This document shows, piece after piece, positions 8,971 to 18,485 of a DNA stretch of 64,000 nucleotides (position 1 is the stretch's first letter; every line of letters starts with the position of its first letter). The stretch is from positions 464 to 64,463 of the forward strand of contig CAYUAG010000001.1 in assembly GCA_964442615.1 (NCBI GenBank). The letters run 5' to 3'. The notes beneath the pieces are model-generated. The model was not told the DNA's origin and did no database searches. It was given only the letters and a program-made list of their open reading frames with translations. Both the position numbers and the translations under genes were made by a program. This DNA comes from an uncultured bacterium. GTDB taxonomy: Bacteria > Zhuqueibacterota > QNDG01 > CAYUAG01.

Positions 8971-9026
8971 CACCAACTTTAATAATGTGTGCGCTGACAT
9001 TACAGTTGGTGTACGTATTCGTACAC
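8971..9026. promoter_or_regulatory. Palindromic sites, candidate enhancer (UAS) for the sigma-54 activator
   Basis: caccaact (8971..8978) and agttggtg (9004..9011) form a perfect 8-bp inverted repeat. gtgtacg-tatt-cgtacac (9009..9026) is a perfect 7-bp inverted repeat. Both lie about 40-110 nt upstream of the -24/-12 element. Confidence 0.4.
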
Positions 9027-9178
9027 TTTAATAAGGTTGAAGTAACTTTATGACTTAGTTTTCAGAGGAACATAGTATTGCAGAATTATCGGTACAATGA
9101 TTGCTATAAAGTAGTTGAATTTGTTGATTACAGAGTGTATCTTTTAATATAGTTTCATAAAAAATGGATAACTAGTTA

Positions 9179-10555
9179 ATGAGTGAAAAGATTGGTAAAA
9201 TTCTTTTTATCGATGATAATGAGGATATACTGCAGGCTGCTCGGCTCTTTTTAAGACAGCATATGGCTGTTGTCCATACTGAGAAGAATCCAGAAATGAT
9301 TCCTTCCCTACTTAAACATGAGGATTATGATGTCATATTACTGGACATGAATTTTACTCAGGATGTTACCAGCGGTAAAGAGGGTTTTCTGTGGCTGGAG
9401 AAGATACTTGAAATTGATCCCTGGGCAGTTGTTGTTATGATAACAGCCTATGGAGATGTTGAGATGGCTGTACGTGCCATTAAAGCTGGAGCAATAGATT
9501 TTGTCTTGAAACCTTGGCACAATGAAAAGCTGCTTGCAACTATCTCAGCAGCTGTGAAATTAAGGCATTCCCGTACCGAACTTGATAGTCTACGTTCTCT
9601 TCAAAAACAATTGAGCGCAGACATGGATCAACCTTTCCATGATTTCATTGGCCAAAGTCCAGCTATGGAAGATGTATTTAAAACCATAAGAAAAGTAGCA
9701 AAAACAGATGCCAATGTTCTTATTCTGGGAGAAAATGGAACTGGCAAGGAGTTGGTTGCCAGGGCACTCCACCGGGAATCAAAACGGTGTAATAAAGTAT
9801 TTATCAGTGTGGATATGGGAGCTATTAGTGAAACTTTGTTTGAAAGTGAACTATTTGGTCATGTAAAGGGTGCTTTTACTGATGCCAAGTCAGATAGGGC
9901 TGGTCGTTTTGAAGTAGCCTCTGGGGGCACTCTTTTTCTTGATGAAATTGGAAATCTATCCAAGACTCTTCAAAGTAAACTTCTTACTGTATTGGAAAAC
10001 AGAAAAGTAATACGGTTGGGTTCACATAAACCAATTTCAATTGATATACGTCTTGTTTGTGCTACTAATAAATCCATTAGTGAAATGGTTACCAGGCAGG
10101 AGTTCAGACAGGATTTGCTGTATCGGATAAATACAGTGGAAATAAATCTACCCCCACTTCGTCACCGGAGAGAGGATATTCTACTGCTTGCAGAACATTT
10201 TTTAAAGATTTACTGCGAAAAGTATGATATGCTACCCAAAAAAATAAATAGTGAGACAAGAAGAAAAATGGAACAATATAAATGGCCTGGAAATGTAAGG
10301 GAACTGCAGCATGCTATTGAAAGAGCAGTTATAATGAGTGAGAATAAGACCTTGAAACCCTCTGATATCCTGCTTTCTATACCCAACAGTAAGAGTGAGG
10401 AATTATCTCTGGATAACTTAAAAATTGAAGAGATTGAGAAATTAGCTATTCAAAGATCGATTAAAAAATACAAAGGCAACATTTCAAGAGCTGCCAAGGA
10501 ATTAGGATTGACCAGGATTTCTCTCTATCGTAGACTGGAGAAATATGGAATATAA
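9179..10555 (+). CDS. Sigma-54-dependent response regulator (NtrC family: REC, AAA+, Fis-type HTH)
   Basis: REC domain (DDNEDIL...LLDMNF), Walker A GENGTGKE, GAFTDA (a GAFTGA variant), ESELFGH, and C-terminal HTH ISRAAKELGLTRISLYRRLEKYGI. Confidence 0.95.
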   Translation: MSEKIGKILFIDDNEDILQAARLFLRQHMAVVHTEKNPEMIPSLLKHEDYDVILLDMNFTQDVTSGKEGFLWLEKILEIDPWAVVVMITAYGDVEMAVRAIKAGAIDFVLKPWHNEKLLATISAAVKLRHSRTELDSLRSLQKQLSADMDQPFHDFIGQSPAMEDVFKTIRKVAKTDANVLILGENGTGKELVARALHRESKRCNKVFISVDMGAISETLFESELFGHVKGAFTDAKSDRAGRFEVASGGTLFLDEIGNLSKTLQSKLLTVLENRKVIRLGSHKPISIDIRLVCATNKSISEMVTRQEFRQDLLYRINTVEINLPPLRHRREDILLLAEHFLKIYCEKYDMLPKKINSETRRKMEQYKWPGNVRELQHAIERAVIMSENKTLKPSDILLSIPNSKSEELSLDNLKIEEIEKLAIQRSIKKYKGNISRAAKELGLTRISLYRRLEKYGI

Positions 10556-11942
10556 ATATTTTAAAACATTTTTAGTCATACGGGTACTCAGCCTTTGTCT
10601 TTTTATTTGGATATTTTTTTTATTACTTTTCAAAACAGGGAATTATATATTTGTTGGTTTAATTGGATTTTTAATTTTTTACCAAACCTATAGCCTTATC
10701 CATTATGTAGAAAAGACAAATAGAGAGCTCGCCCGTTTTCTGGATGCCATACGATATGAAGATTTTTCCTGTTCTTTTAAGCAAAGTGGAAAAAAATCAA
10801 CATTCAATATACTTTCTCGAGCGTTCTCAGGTATTATTGATGAAATAAAGAGATACCGAACTAAAACAGAAGAGCATTACCAATATTTACAAACAGTAGT
10901 TCAGCATATCGGTATAGGTATTATTTCTTTTCAGCAGGATGGAAAAGTAGGATTTATTAATAGTGCAGCTTTAAAACTGTTAGGCTTAAGCAAATTGAAA
11001 AATATTCATGATCTCAAAGAGTTAGAACCCAGCTTTACAGATATTCTTATTAAGTTAGAAAATGGTGAACACATACTTGTTCCGCTTTATATCGCTTCAA
11101 AAAATTTTTTGTTTTCAATTCATACCACCAAATTCCGCATGCAGGGAAAAAAGATAACATTAATATCAATACAAGATATAAAAATACAGTTAGAACAGGA
11201 ACGCGCAGCCAAGGAACTGGAGGTTGCTCATCAGGTACAAACTGAACTCTTGCCTAAAGATCATCCTAATATCCCTAATATTGATATAGCTGGATTCTGT
11301 AAGCCCGCTCAGGAAATAGGGGGTGACTATTATGATTATATTTCAATTGATTCTGATAAAATTGGTATTGTCATTGCCGATGTTTCAGGAAAAGGGCTCC
11401 CTGCTGCAATCTACATGACTTTAACCAAAGGTATTCTTCAATCAAAAGCAGAGGAAATTAGCTCACCTAAAGCTGTGTTAACAAAAGTCAATAGATTGCT
11501 TTATCAATCACTATGGCGTGATTCTTTTGTTACCATGTTTTATGGTGTGCTTAATGTAAAAAATAACAAGTTTATCTATGCCCGAGCAGGTCATAATCCT
11601 CCCATCCATCTAAACAGTAAAAATGATTCATTCTCATTTCTGGAATCAAAAGGAATTGCTTTAGGTTTGACAGATGAAAGAGAGTTCACAAAAACAATTG
11701 AAGAAAAACAGTGCGATTTAAATTCAAATGATTTGATTGTTTTGTATACGGATGGTTTTACTGAAGCAATGGATAAGAATAGTAATGTATTTGGGGAAAA
11801 AAGATTGTTTGATTTAATTTTAAATAACCGGGATAAAACCTGTGAAGAATTGATAAAAATTATTTACAAGGAAGTCAGTCTATTCACCGGGGAATATCTT
11901 GAACATGATGATATGACCATGGTCTCAGTTAAAATAGCTTAA
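10545..11942 (+). CDS. Membrane sensor with C-terminal PP2C/SpoIIE-type serine phosphatase domain
   Basis: Two N-terminal TM helices and a PAS-like region, then GGDYYDY...IADVSGKGLPAAIYM...YTDGFTEA...HDDMTMV. The start overlaps the regulator's stop by 11 nt. Confidence 0.85.
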   Translation: MEYKYFKTFLVIRVLSLCLFIWIFFLLLFKTGNYIFVGLIGFLIFYQTYSLIHYVEKTNRELARFLDAIRYEDFSCSFKQSGKKSTFNILSRAFSGIIDEIKRYRTKTEEHYQYLQTVVQHIGIGIISFQQDGKVGFINSAALKLLGLSKLKNIHDLKELEPSFTDILIKLENGEHILVPLYIASKNFLFSIHTTKFRMQGKKITLISIQDIKIQLEQERAAKELEVAHQVQTELLPKDHPNIPNIDIAGFCKPAQEIGGDYYDYISIDSDKIGIVIADVSGKGLPAAIYMTLTKGILQSKAEEISSPKAVLTKVNRLLYQSLWRDSFVTMFYGVLNVKNNKFIYARAGHNPPIHLNSKNDSFSFLESKGIALGLTDEREFTKTIEEKQCDLNSNDLIVLYTDGFTEAMDKNSNVFGEKRLFDLILNNRDKTCEELIKIIYKEVSLFTGEYLEHDDMTMVSVKIA

Positions 11943-11951
11943 TTAGTATAT

Positions 11952-13304
11952 ATGATTTTTAAAAAATTTCAAATTAATTGTATTTTAAGAGTTTTAATTT
12001 TATCCCTTAGCATATTTTTGTTTGTATATTTAGTTTTTCAGGTAAATCAATATCTGATAGCTGTGTTTGTTGGCAGTATCATTTTGTATCAAATATATTC
12101 TCTTATCCGTTACATTGAAAAAACTAACTATTATCTGATACGATTTTTTGAAGCTGTCAAATATGAAGATTTTTCTCAATCTTTTTCAGGACTGGGTTTA
12201 GGGAAATCATTCGATGAATTGAAAAGATCTTTTAAAGATGTTTTGGAGAAATTTCAACAAACACGTATGGAAAAAGAGGAGCATTTCCGCCGCCTTCAGA
12301 TTGTACTCAATCATATAGGAACAGGATTGCTTTCTTTTCAGGAGGATGGTAGAGTAGATTTGATAAACAATGCTGCTAAACGGTTGTTTCATATGCCACA
12401 TCTGAGGAATATATGTGACCTGTTTACTTTAAGCGAAGATCTCGTTAAGACCTTGATGAATTCGAAACCTGGGGATAAAACCCTGATTAAAGTACATAAT
12501 AAGGATGAGGTGCTCAATTTAAATATTTATTCCACCGAGTTCATACTGAGTAAGAAGTGCTATAAGTTAATTTCCATCCAGAATATTCAAAGTGAATTGG
12601 AAGAGAAGGAAATGGAAGCCTGGCAGAACCTGATCAGGGTACTCACCCATGAAATTATGAATTCAGTAACACCCATTTCCTCTCTGGCCTCAACTGTTAA
12701 TAGTATGTTGATTCAACAATCAGAGAATATACCTAGTAATCAAAATAAATCTATTTCAATAGAAGATATTCAAGCAGCTGTCCAGACTATTGAAAAACGA
12801 AGTGAGGGACTCATTCAGTTTGTGAAGTCGTATAGAAAATTGACACACATCCCTAAACCCGATTTTCAGATTATCTCAGTTTTCTCTTTATTTAAACGTA
12901 TTGAACAGCTTATGGGAACTGATATCAAGAAAAATAGAATACAGTTTATTAAACAAATAAATCCTGAAACTCTTGAACTAACAGCAGACCCGGCTCTTAT
13001 AGAACAGAGTCTAATCAACTTGATGATTAATTCTATGGATGCTCTACACACTGTTAACAAGCCGAAAATCACGCTTAATGCTCAATTAGATGGTAGAAGC
13101 CGAACTATTATTCAAGTCATAGACAATGGCCCTGGAATAGATCCCAATGTTCAAGACCGCATCTTTATTCCTTTCTTTACAACTAAGAAAAAAGGTTCAG
13201 GAATAGGTTTAAGTCTATGCCGTCAGATTATGCGTATACACAAAGGAACTATCAGCATTGATTCAAAACCCAATAGTGCAACCATGATTACTTTAAGATT
13301 TTAA
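11952..13304 (+). CDS. Sensor histidine kinase (2TM, PAS-like, HisKA, HATPase_c)
   Basis: H-box LTHEIMNSVTPI, N-box LINLMINSMDA, G1 DNGPGI, G2 GSGIGLSL. The N-terminal ~200 aa are paralogous to the preceding PP2C sensor. Confidence 0.9.
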   Translation: MIFKKFQINCILRVLILSLSIFLFVYLVFQVNQYLIAVFVGSIILYQIYSLIRYIEKTNYYLIRFFEAVKYEDFSQSFSGLGLGKSFDELKRSFKDVLEKFQQTRMEKEEHFRRLQIVLNHIGTGLLSFQEDGRVDLINNAAKRLFHMPHLRNICDLFTLSEDLVKTLMNSKPGDKTLIKVHNKDEVLNLNIYSTEFILSKKCYKLISIQNIQSELEEKEMEAWQNLIRVLTHEIMNSVTPISSLASTVNSMLIQQSENIPSNQNKSISIEDIQAAVQTIEKRSEGLIQFVKSYRKLTHIPKPDFQIISVFSLFKRIEQLMGTDIKKNRIQFIKQINPETLELTADPALIEQSLINLMINSMDALHTVNKPKITLNAQLDGRSRTIIQVIDNGPGIDPNVQDRIFIPFFTTKKKGSGIGLSLCRQIMRIHKGTISIDSKPNSATMITLRF

Positions 13305-13469
13305 TTTCAAAAAATTTATAATTTTAATACTTGATATTTTAAAAAATGATAATTAGATTATTAATAATTAATAGAATTTTTATTTTGTAAGCATATTATG
13401 ACATGTAATAGTTAAGATTAAATAGGAAATCATTTTTTGACAATTTCCAGATATTGGTGGAGTTTTCTT

Positions 13470-14789
13470 ATGTTTTATAAGCCACTACGTGTTTTAATTT
13501 TTCTTATTTGTTTATTATCTGCATGTGCTTTTATAAGTAACGACAGTTACTACAAATTGGGTAGAGATTCTTTAGAAAATCAGGAATATGATGCAGCCAT
13601 CCAAGCATTTTCCAGGCAGCTTGAACAAAATAATAATGATTTGAGAAGTATTCGTGAGTTGGGGATAGCGTATTATAAAAAAGGAGAATTAAAGATTGCT
13701 TCCAGACTTTTGTTAAACTATATTCAGAAAAAACCATATGATGGTAGAGGTTTATTGTATTTAGCTTCTGTTTATGAAAGGATGAATGATTTTTCTAAAG
13801 CAATTTATGTATACAAAAGATTTAGTGAGGGCATATCAATAAAGGATGATATTGATATAATTAATGTTCATATTCAGAATTTATATAGAAAAAAAGTGAG
13901 AGCAAAGACAAGAATATTATTAAAGAATGATTCACTTAAGGTCCCTATTGCATCACAAAATAGAATAGTTGTACTAAATTTTTTGTATGCAGGTAAGAAT
14001 CCACTTTTAAAACCTATTAATAAAGGTATAACTGATTTAATGATTTCAGATATGAGAAAACTGAAGGTGTTTAACATTGTTGATAGAATTGAAATGCAGG
14101 AATTGGTTTCTAAGATGGATTTTGGAGAATTTGGATATTTTAATAATGATAAGTGCTTGCAGATCGCAAAACTTCTGGGAGCCTCTATTCTGATCAAGGG
14201 AGTGTACAATGATATTGAGCATAAGAGGGTAACCACAGAAGTGAATATTTTGAAGGTTGATAGTGAAGAAATAATAACTGTTGAAAAAGTTGAGGGAAAT
14301 TTTGCTGATATAACTTATTTGGAAAAAATTTTATTGTATAGAATTTTAAAAAAATTGGGAATAACAATTACAAAAGAAAAATGGGATTCTGTTAGCAAAT
14401 TGCCTACAAAGAACTTTCTTGCTTTTGTTATGTATAGTGCAGGTCTTGATTATGAAAATAAAGGATTTTATGAAAAAGCAGCCCAATGTTTTGAAGTAGC
14501 GGTGAAGCTTGATGCTCATTTTTTTCAAGCAGTGAATGGTAAAAGAAGAAATGAGCTTAACCTTCTACTGAAAAGTAATATATTTGAAATTGAGGAGATG
14601 GCAAATAGAAGCATAGAGGTTAAAGAGCACATCTACCATCCTCAAACCCAGGAATATATGGGAGATATTGCCGATAAGCTTAACTCTTCTTTTTTACAGG
14701 GATTAGATTCCCGAAAACCTCTTCAGGATGGAGTTCAGACTAATTTCGGTCAATCTGCAATTATAACCATTCAGATTGTTCACCAATAG
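13470..14789 (+). CDS. TPR-repeat lipoprotein with a TolB_N/CsgG-like middle domain (putative)
   Basis: Start moved to the ATG giving MFYKPLRVLIFLICLLSAC (lipobox LLSAC). TPR-like repeats follow (AIQAFSRQL..., GIAYYKKGELKIA, ASVYERMNDFSKAIYVY). RIVVLNFLYAG...ITDLMISDM...IVDRIEMQEL...IAKLLGASILIKGVY resembles the TolB_N/LpoB/CsgG-type fold. Confidence 0.55.
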   Translation: MFYKPLRVLIFLICLLSACAFISNDSYYKLGRDSLENQEYDAAIQAFSRQLEQNNNDLRSIRELGIAYYKKGELKIASRLLLNYIQKKPYDGRGLLYLASVYERMNDFSKAIYVYKRFSEGISIKDDIDIINVHIQNLYRKKVRAKTRILLKNDSLKVPIASQNRIVVLNFLYAGKNPLLKPINKGITDLMISDMRKLKVFNIVDRIEMQELVSKMDFGEFGYFNNDKCLQIAKLLGASILIKGVYNDIEHKRVTTEVNILKVDSEEIITVEKVEGNFADITYLEKILLYRILKKLGITITKEKWDSVSKLPTKNFLAFVMYSAGLDYENKGFYEKAAQCFEVAVKLDAHFFQAVNGKRRNELNLLLKSNIFEIEEMANRSIEVKEHIYHPQTQEYMGDIADKLNSSFLQGLDSRKPLQDGVQTNFGQSAIITIQIVHQ

Positions 14790-14800
14790 TTGAGTTTTCT

Positions 14801-15898
14801 ATGGCTAGAAGAATATTTTTATCCCTCTATTTTTGGTCAATTTTTTTTCTCACCAGCATGTGCTTCAGTCAGGTATTTCAGCAGAAGAGTTCCATGAATT
14901 TTGGAGCAGAATTTTCCTGTCAGATTTGGAAAGCCGGAAAGGATAAAATTTCCGAATTTACTTTCCCTGTTATGTATATATATCCATTAAATAAAAAATG
15001 TCAGTTATATTCAATTTGTACTCCTCTGTATTCAACCCTATCTACAGGATTCAACTATCATTTAAGTTCAATTTCAGATATTAAACTGGGAGGTAAGTTA
15101 TTTATTTTAAACAACCGCTGGACTCTAACCTTTGGTCTTAATTTTCCTTTGGGTAGGAATAGATTGAACAGTAAAGAGAGACAAACTGCACAAGTACTTG
15201 CCATTCCTGCCTTTAATTTCAGAGCTCCAGATCCTGGGCAGGGTTTTAATATTCAGGTTGGAATTTGTAGTGCTAGGAGGTTTGACAATTTTCTTATAGG
15301 TTGGGGAGTGGGTGTTATTCTAAGAGGAGGATATAATCCTTTTTTTGAAAGCTCTGGTATCTATAATCCGGGAGATGAGCTGTGTGTTAATATTGGTGTT
15401 AAGGCAGGAGGCTGGAAGGGCGATCTTCTCTTTATAGCTAATGGTAGTGATACTTGGGAGTCAAAAAGACATCTTAAACCTGGTAACAGAATTATTATGC
15501 AGCTTCAATATTTTCAGCAAATTAATAGGATGAATTTCACTTTTATAATTATTAATAGAATTAAAACAAAAGATACCTTGTTTTCAGATTCGGTTGTACT
15601 TCCTCAAAAGATTGTAGCTAACAGTGGTCAGTTTGAGATCAGGAGTATATTGGGATTCGAACTTTTAAATGGGAATTTACTCAGGGGAATTTTTAATATC
15701 AAACATTGTTCTAACTCCCAATTTGATACAGGGGGGGCTTCAATGATTGGGATTGGTATAGGGGGAGATTTCAAAATATTCCCTAATCTCTGGTATAGAG
15801 GTGAAGTTAGTTATTTTGCAGGTAATATACTTATAAATGATAGAAAAGTTAATGCTAATGGTTTTGATTTAAGGGGCGGTATTGAAATAAATTTTTAA
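14801..15898 (+). CDS. Putative outer-membrane beta-barrel protein (365 aa), family not recognised
   Basis: Signal peptide, alternating beta-strand-like pattern, Gly/aromatic-rich strands and a C-terminal ...GGIEINF. It starts 11 nt after the upstream gene. Confidence 0.5.
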   Translation: MARRIFLSLYFWSIFFLTSMCFSQVFQQKSSMNFGAEFSCQIWKAGKDKISEFTFPVMYIYPLNKKCQLYSICTPLYSTLSTGFNYHLSSISDIKLGGKLFILNNRWTLTFGLNFPLGRNRLNSKERQTAQVLAIPAFNFRAPDPGQGFNIQVGICSARRFDNFLIGWGVGVILRGGYNPFFESSGIYNPGDELCVNIGVKAGGWKGDLLFIANGSDTWESKRHLKPGNRIIMQLQYFQQINRMNFTFIIINRIKTKDTLFSDSVVLPQKIVANSGQFEIRSILGFELLNGNLLRGIFNIKHCSNSQFDTGGASMIGIGIGGDFKIFPNLWYRGEVSYFAGNILINDRKVNANGFDLRGGIEINF

Positions 15899-15909
15899 AG
15901 AGTTGATCT

Positions 15910-16473
15910 ATGAAGTGTTTGATACATTATATAATATCAATAATAATTTTTTTTATTGTGAGCTGTAATTTTATTTTGCTGGAGCCGGTTACAGAGGATT
16001 TTACAATAGGCTTATATTTTAATTTTCCTGAGGAAAGTGAAACATTAGATGTTACAACAGGTACTAATCCTTCTCCTCAATTTTCTCTCTATAAACAGAA
16101 TCAGAAAAATGCTGACAATAAATTACATGCAGCAGCTGTTGATGTATCTGAATATCTTACTGATTCCCTTTTCAGGCAGAGTAGAGGATTTTCCAGGTAT
16201 GATAGTCTGGATACAACCAATTCAGGGATATACTGGTCTAAAAGAGAAAAGGAGATAAGAAAATATTTTTATATTGAATCTTGTGTAGATATTAGGTATG
16301 ATACATCTGAAACACATACTGAAACCACCTTAAGCGGTGTTAAAGGACTGAATTGGATTGTAGCTGTAGTGGAAGAGAATGATTCAATAAGATATCATGG
16401 CTTTAGTACTATTAAAGCAATTTCAGGAGCGACAGTCGTCGATACTTTAGAGATGGTACGGTACAGTCAATAA
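15910..16473 (+). CDS. Putative lipoprotein (187 aa), uncharacterised
   Basis: Signal peptide with lipobox FIVSC. It starts 11 nt after the upstream gene. Confidence 0.5.
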   Translation: MKCLIHYIISIIIFFIVSCNFILLEPVTEDFTIGLYFNFPEESETLDVTTGTNPSPQFSLYKQNQKNADNKLHAAAVDVSEYLTDSLFRQSRGFSRYDSLDTTNSGIYWSKREKEIRKYFYIESCVDIRYDTSETHTETTLSGVKGLNWIVAVVEENDSIRYHGFSTIKAISGATVVDTLEMVRYSQ

Positions 16474-16594
16474 ATAAAATTTTTATCCTGAAACTATGTA
16501 AGAATTTATAAAATTAGATATATAGAAAGATAGAAGATAGAATAACAGTTTTAATATTAGTTGTCATGGTATAAAGAAAGGTTGTTTGATCATT

Positions 16595-18220
16595 ATGAAA
16601 AAAATATTTTTGATGATGTTCAGTATTTCTTTTTTAATGAGAAATATTGGGTATTCTCAGCAGATATCAGAACAGTCAATAAAATATAAACCTCATGATT
16701 GGATAAGTTAACCGGTAATGCGATTTGTAACGTCCATTGATCAAGGAGATGAATATATTTATTTTGGTACAACTAGAGGAATATGCAGATATAATCTTTA
16801 TAAGGAAGAATGGGGAAATCCATTTACCCGAAGTAATGGAATGAAGAGCGACAGGATTTTTATTGTATTTTATGATTTCATTGCAGGAAATTTATGGTGT
16901 TTAACAGATCAAGGATTGAGTTATCGGCTTTCGACTACTGGAGAGTGGTATAATGTAGGTTTTCCTGCCAATATCAGAGGAGGCATAAGTGCCATAGGAA
17001 GCAGTGAGAATTATATATGGCTTAAAAAAGGAGAGATTTACTATAAAGGAGATAGATTCGGCACTATATTTACTAGATCAAATGAAGAGAGTGCTTTTCA
17101 GGATAATGTCCGCTGGAGTAGTGCGGGTGCAGTTGATTCACTTCCTTATTTTTTTATGAATAATGAAGAATACATATTTGATCCGGAAGGTTATATCAAA
17201 CGTCTTGATTTGCGAAAATATCGTATAGCTTATGCATTTAAAGATAATTTCCGTTCAATATGGATAGGTACAGATGGACTGGGATGTGGAGTAGGAGATA
17301 TTAGAACAGAACGTTTGAGCCTTCTTCCTTTTGGGCTTTATCACTCTGATGTTCAGACAATGACCTGGGATGGTTTCACCATGTGGATTGGAGGTCACAG
17401 CGGCAGAAACAGGGGAGGAATTACCAGGTGGAATCAAAAAGAGAATAGCTGGGAATATTTTGAAGCTCTCTATTTGAGTGAGTTAAGAAGTGATAATGTT
17501 AATGATATATTAGTTGAGAAGGATACTTCTTTAGTTTGGTTTGCTACAGATGATGGTTTGGGGTGTTATAATAAACTGAGAGATACATGGAAAGTATATG
17601 ATGTGTTTGATAATCTTTGGGATGATTATATAACTTCTCTGGCTCAAACAGGTGATATACTTTGGATCGGTACGGCTGCAGGGATTAATAGAATGCAGGA
17701 AGGCATAATAAAAAAGGCGGACATACGATCTCTTAGCAAGAGAATGATTTATCGTTTAGCAAGTGATGGCAAAAATCTCTGGGCTGGAACAGATAGGGGA
17801 AAATATTTCTTTAATGGTGAAAACAGTAGATGGGATTTTATTAAAGGCGCTTCAAATGTGTTGAGTGTAGATATTAAAGCCATTGATATTTATAATAGAG
17901 AAGTTTGGTTTGCTGGTAATGGGGGAGTGGAGATGTATGATATAAAGAATAAAAAATGGCAGGGATATACTTCTGAACATTATCCAGTTTTTGTTGAGAT
18001 TAACTCTATACTTAATACAGAAGATATTGTATGGATGGCTTCTGAAAGAGGTTTGATTAAATATATAAAGAAAGAGAATCGCTGGCGTCGTTTTACTATA
18101 AAGGATGGATTATTACATAATTCGATAAAATGGATTGTTCCAGATGGGGATTATATTTGGCTTGGTACTCCCTCTGGAATCACACGTTTTTACTGGAATG
18201 CTCCTTATAGGATTGATTAA
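16595..18220 (+). pseudogene. Secreted beta-propeller protein (two-component-regulator-propeller / Reg_prop-type repeats), split by an in-frame TAA at 16709..16711
   Basis: ATG at 16595 gives MKKIFLMMFSISFLMRNIGYSQQISEQSIKYKPHDWIS, then TAA. PVMRFVTSIDQGDEYIYFGTTRGICRYN... follows in the same frame. Repeats include IWIGTDGLG, LWIGTAAGINR, LWAGTDRGKYFF, VWFAGNGGVEMYD and IWLGTPSGITRFY. Confidence 0.7.
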
Positions 18221-18485
18221 TAGGTCTCCTGAATTTATTGAGTAATCTCAGGAGCACCAAGAAAGTAGAAAAGAAGTAAGGTAATATTTATTGTCTATAG
18301 GGTAGAATTGTTAATAAGAAAATTTTTTTGAAATAAAAAAGTTAAATTTTTTACATTTTTTCAGTCCATGCCCTTGACAGACCGTATTTTTTTTTGCACA
18401 TTATATTATTAGTTCTGTAAATGATCAAACATAATGGAGAATAATAAGGTAAAGAAAGATAATAAGAAACGGGTGATAAATTTAT

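Noticed and set aside
292-16711. Stop-codon reassignment (TAG or TAA read as sense) as the explanation for the two in-frame stops
   Set aside because: TAG ends other genes at homology-consistent positions (14787..14789, 33346..33348 and 38193..38195). TAA is the commonest stop codon here. Each lesion is one substitution away from the expected codon (TGG, TAY). Isolated mutations or sequencing errors are the simpler explanation.
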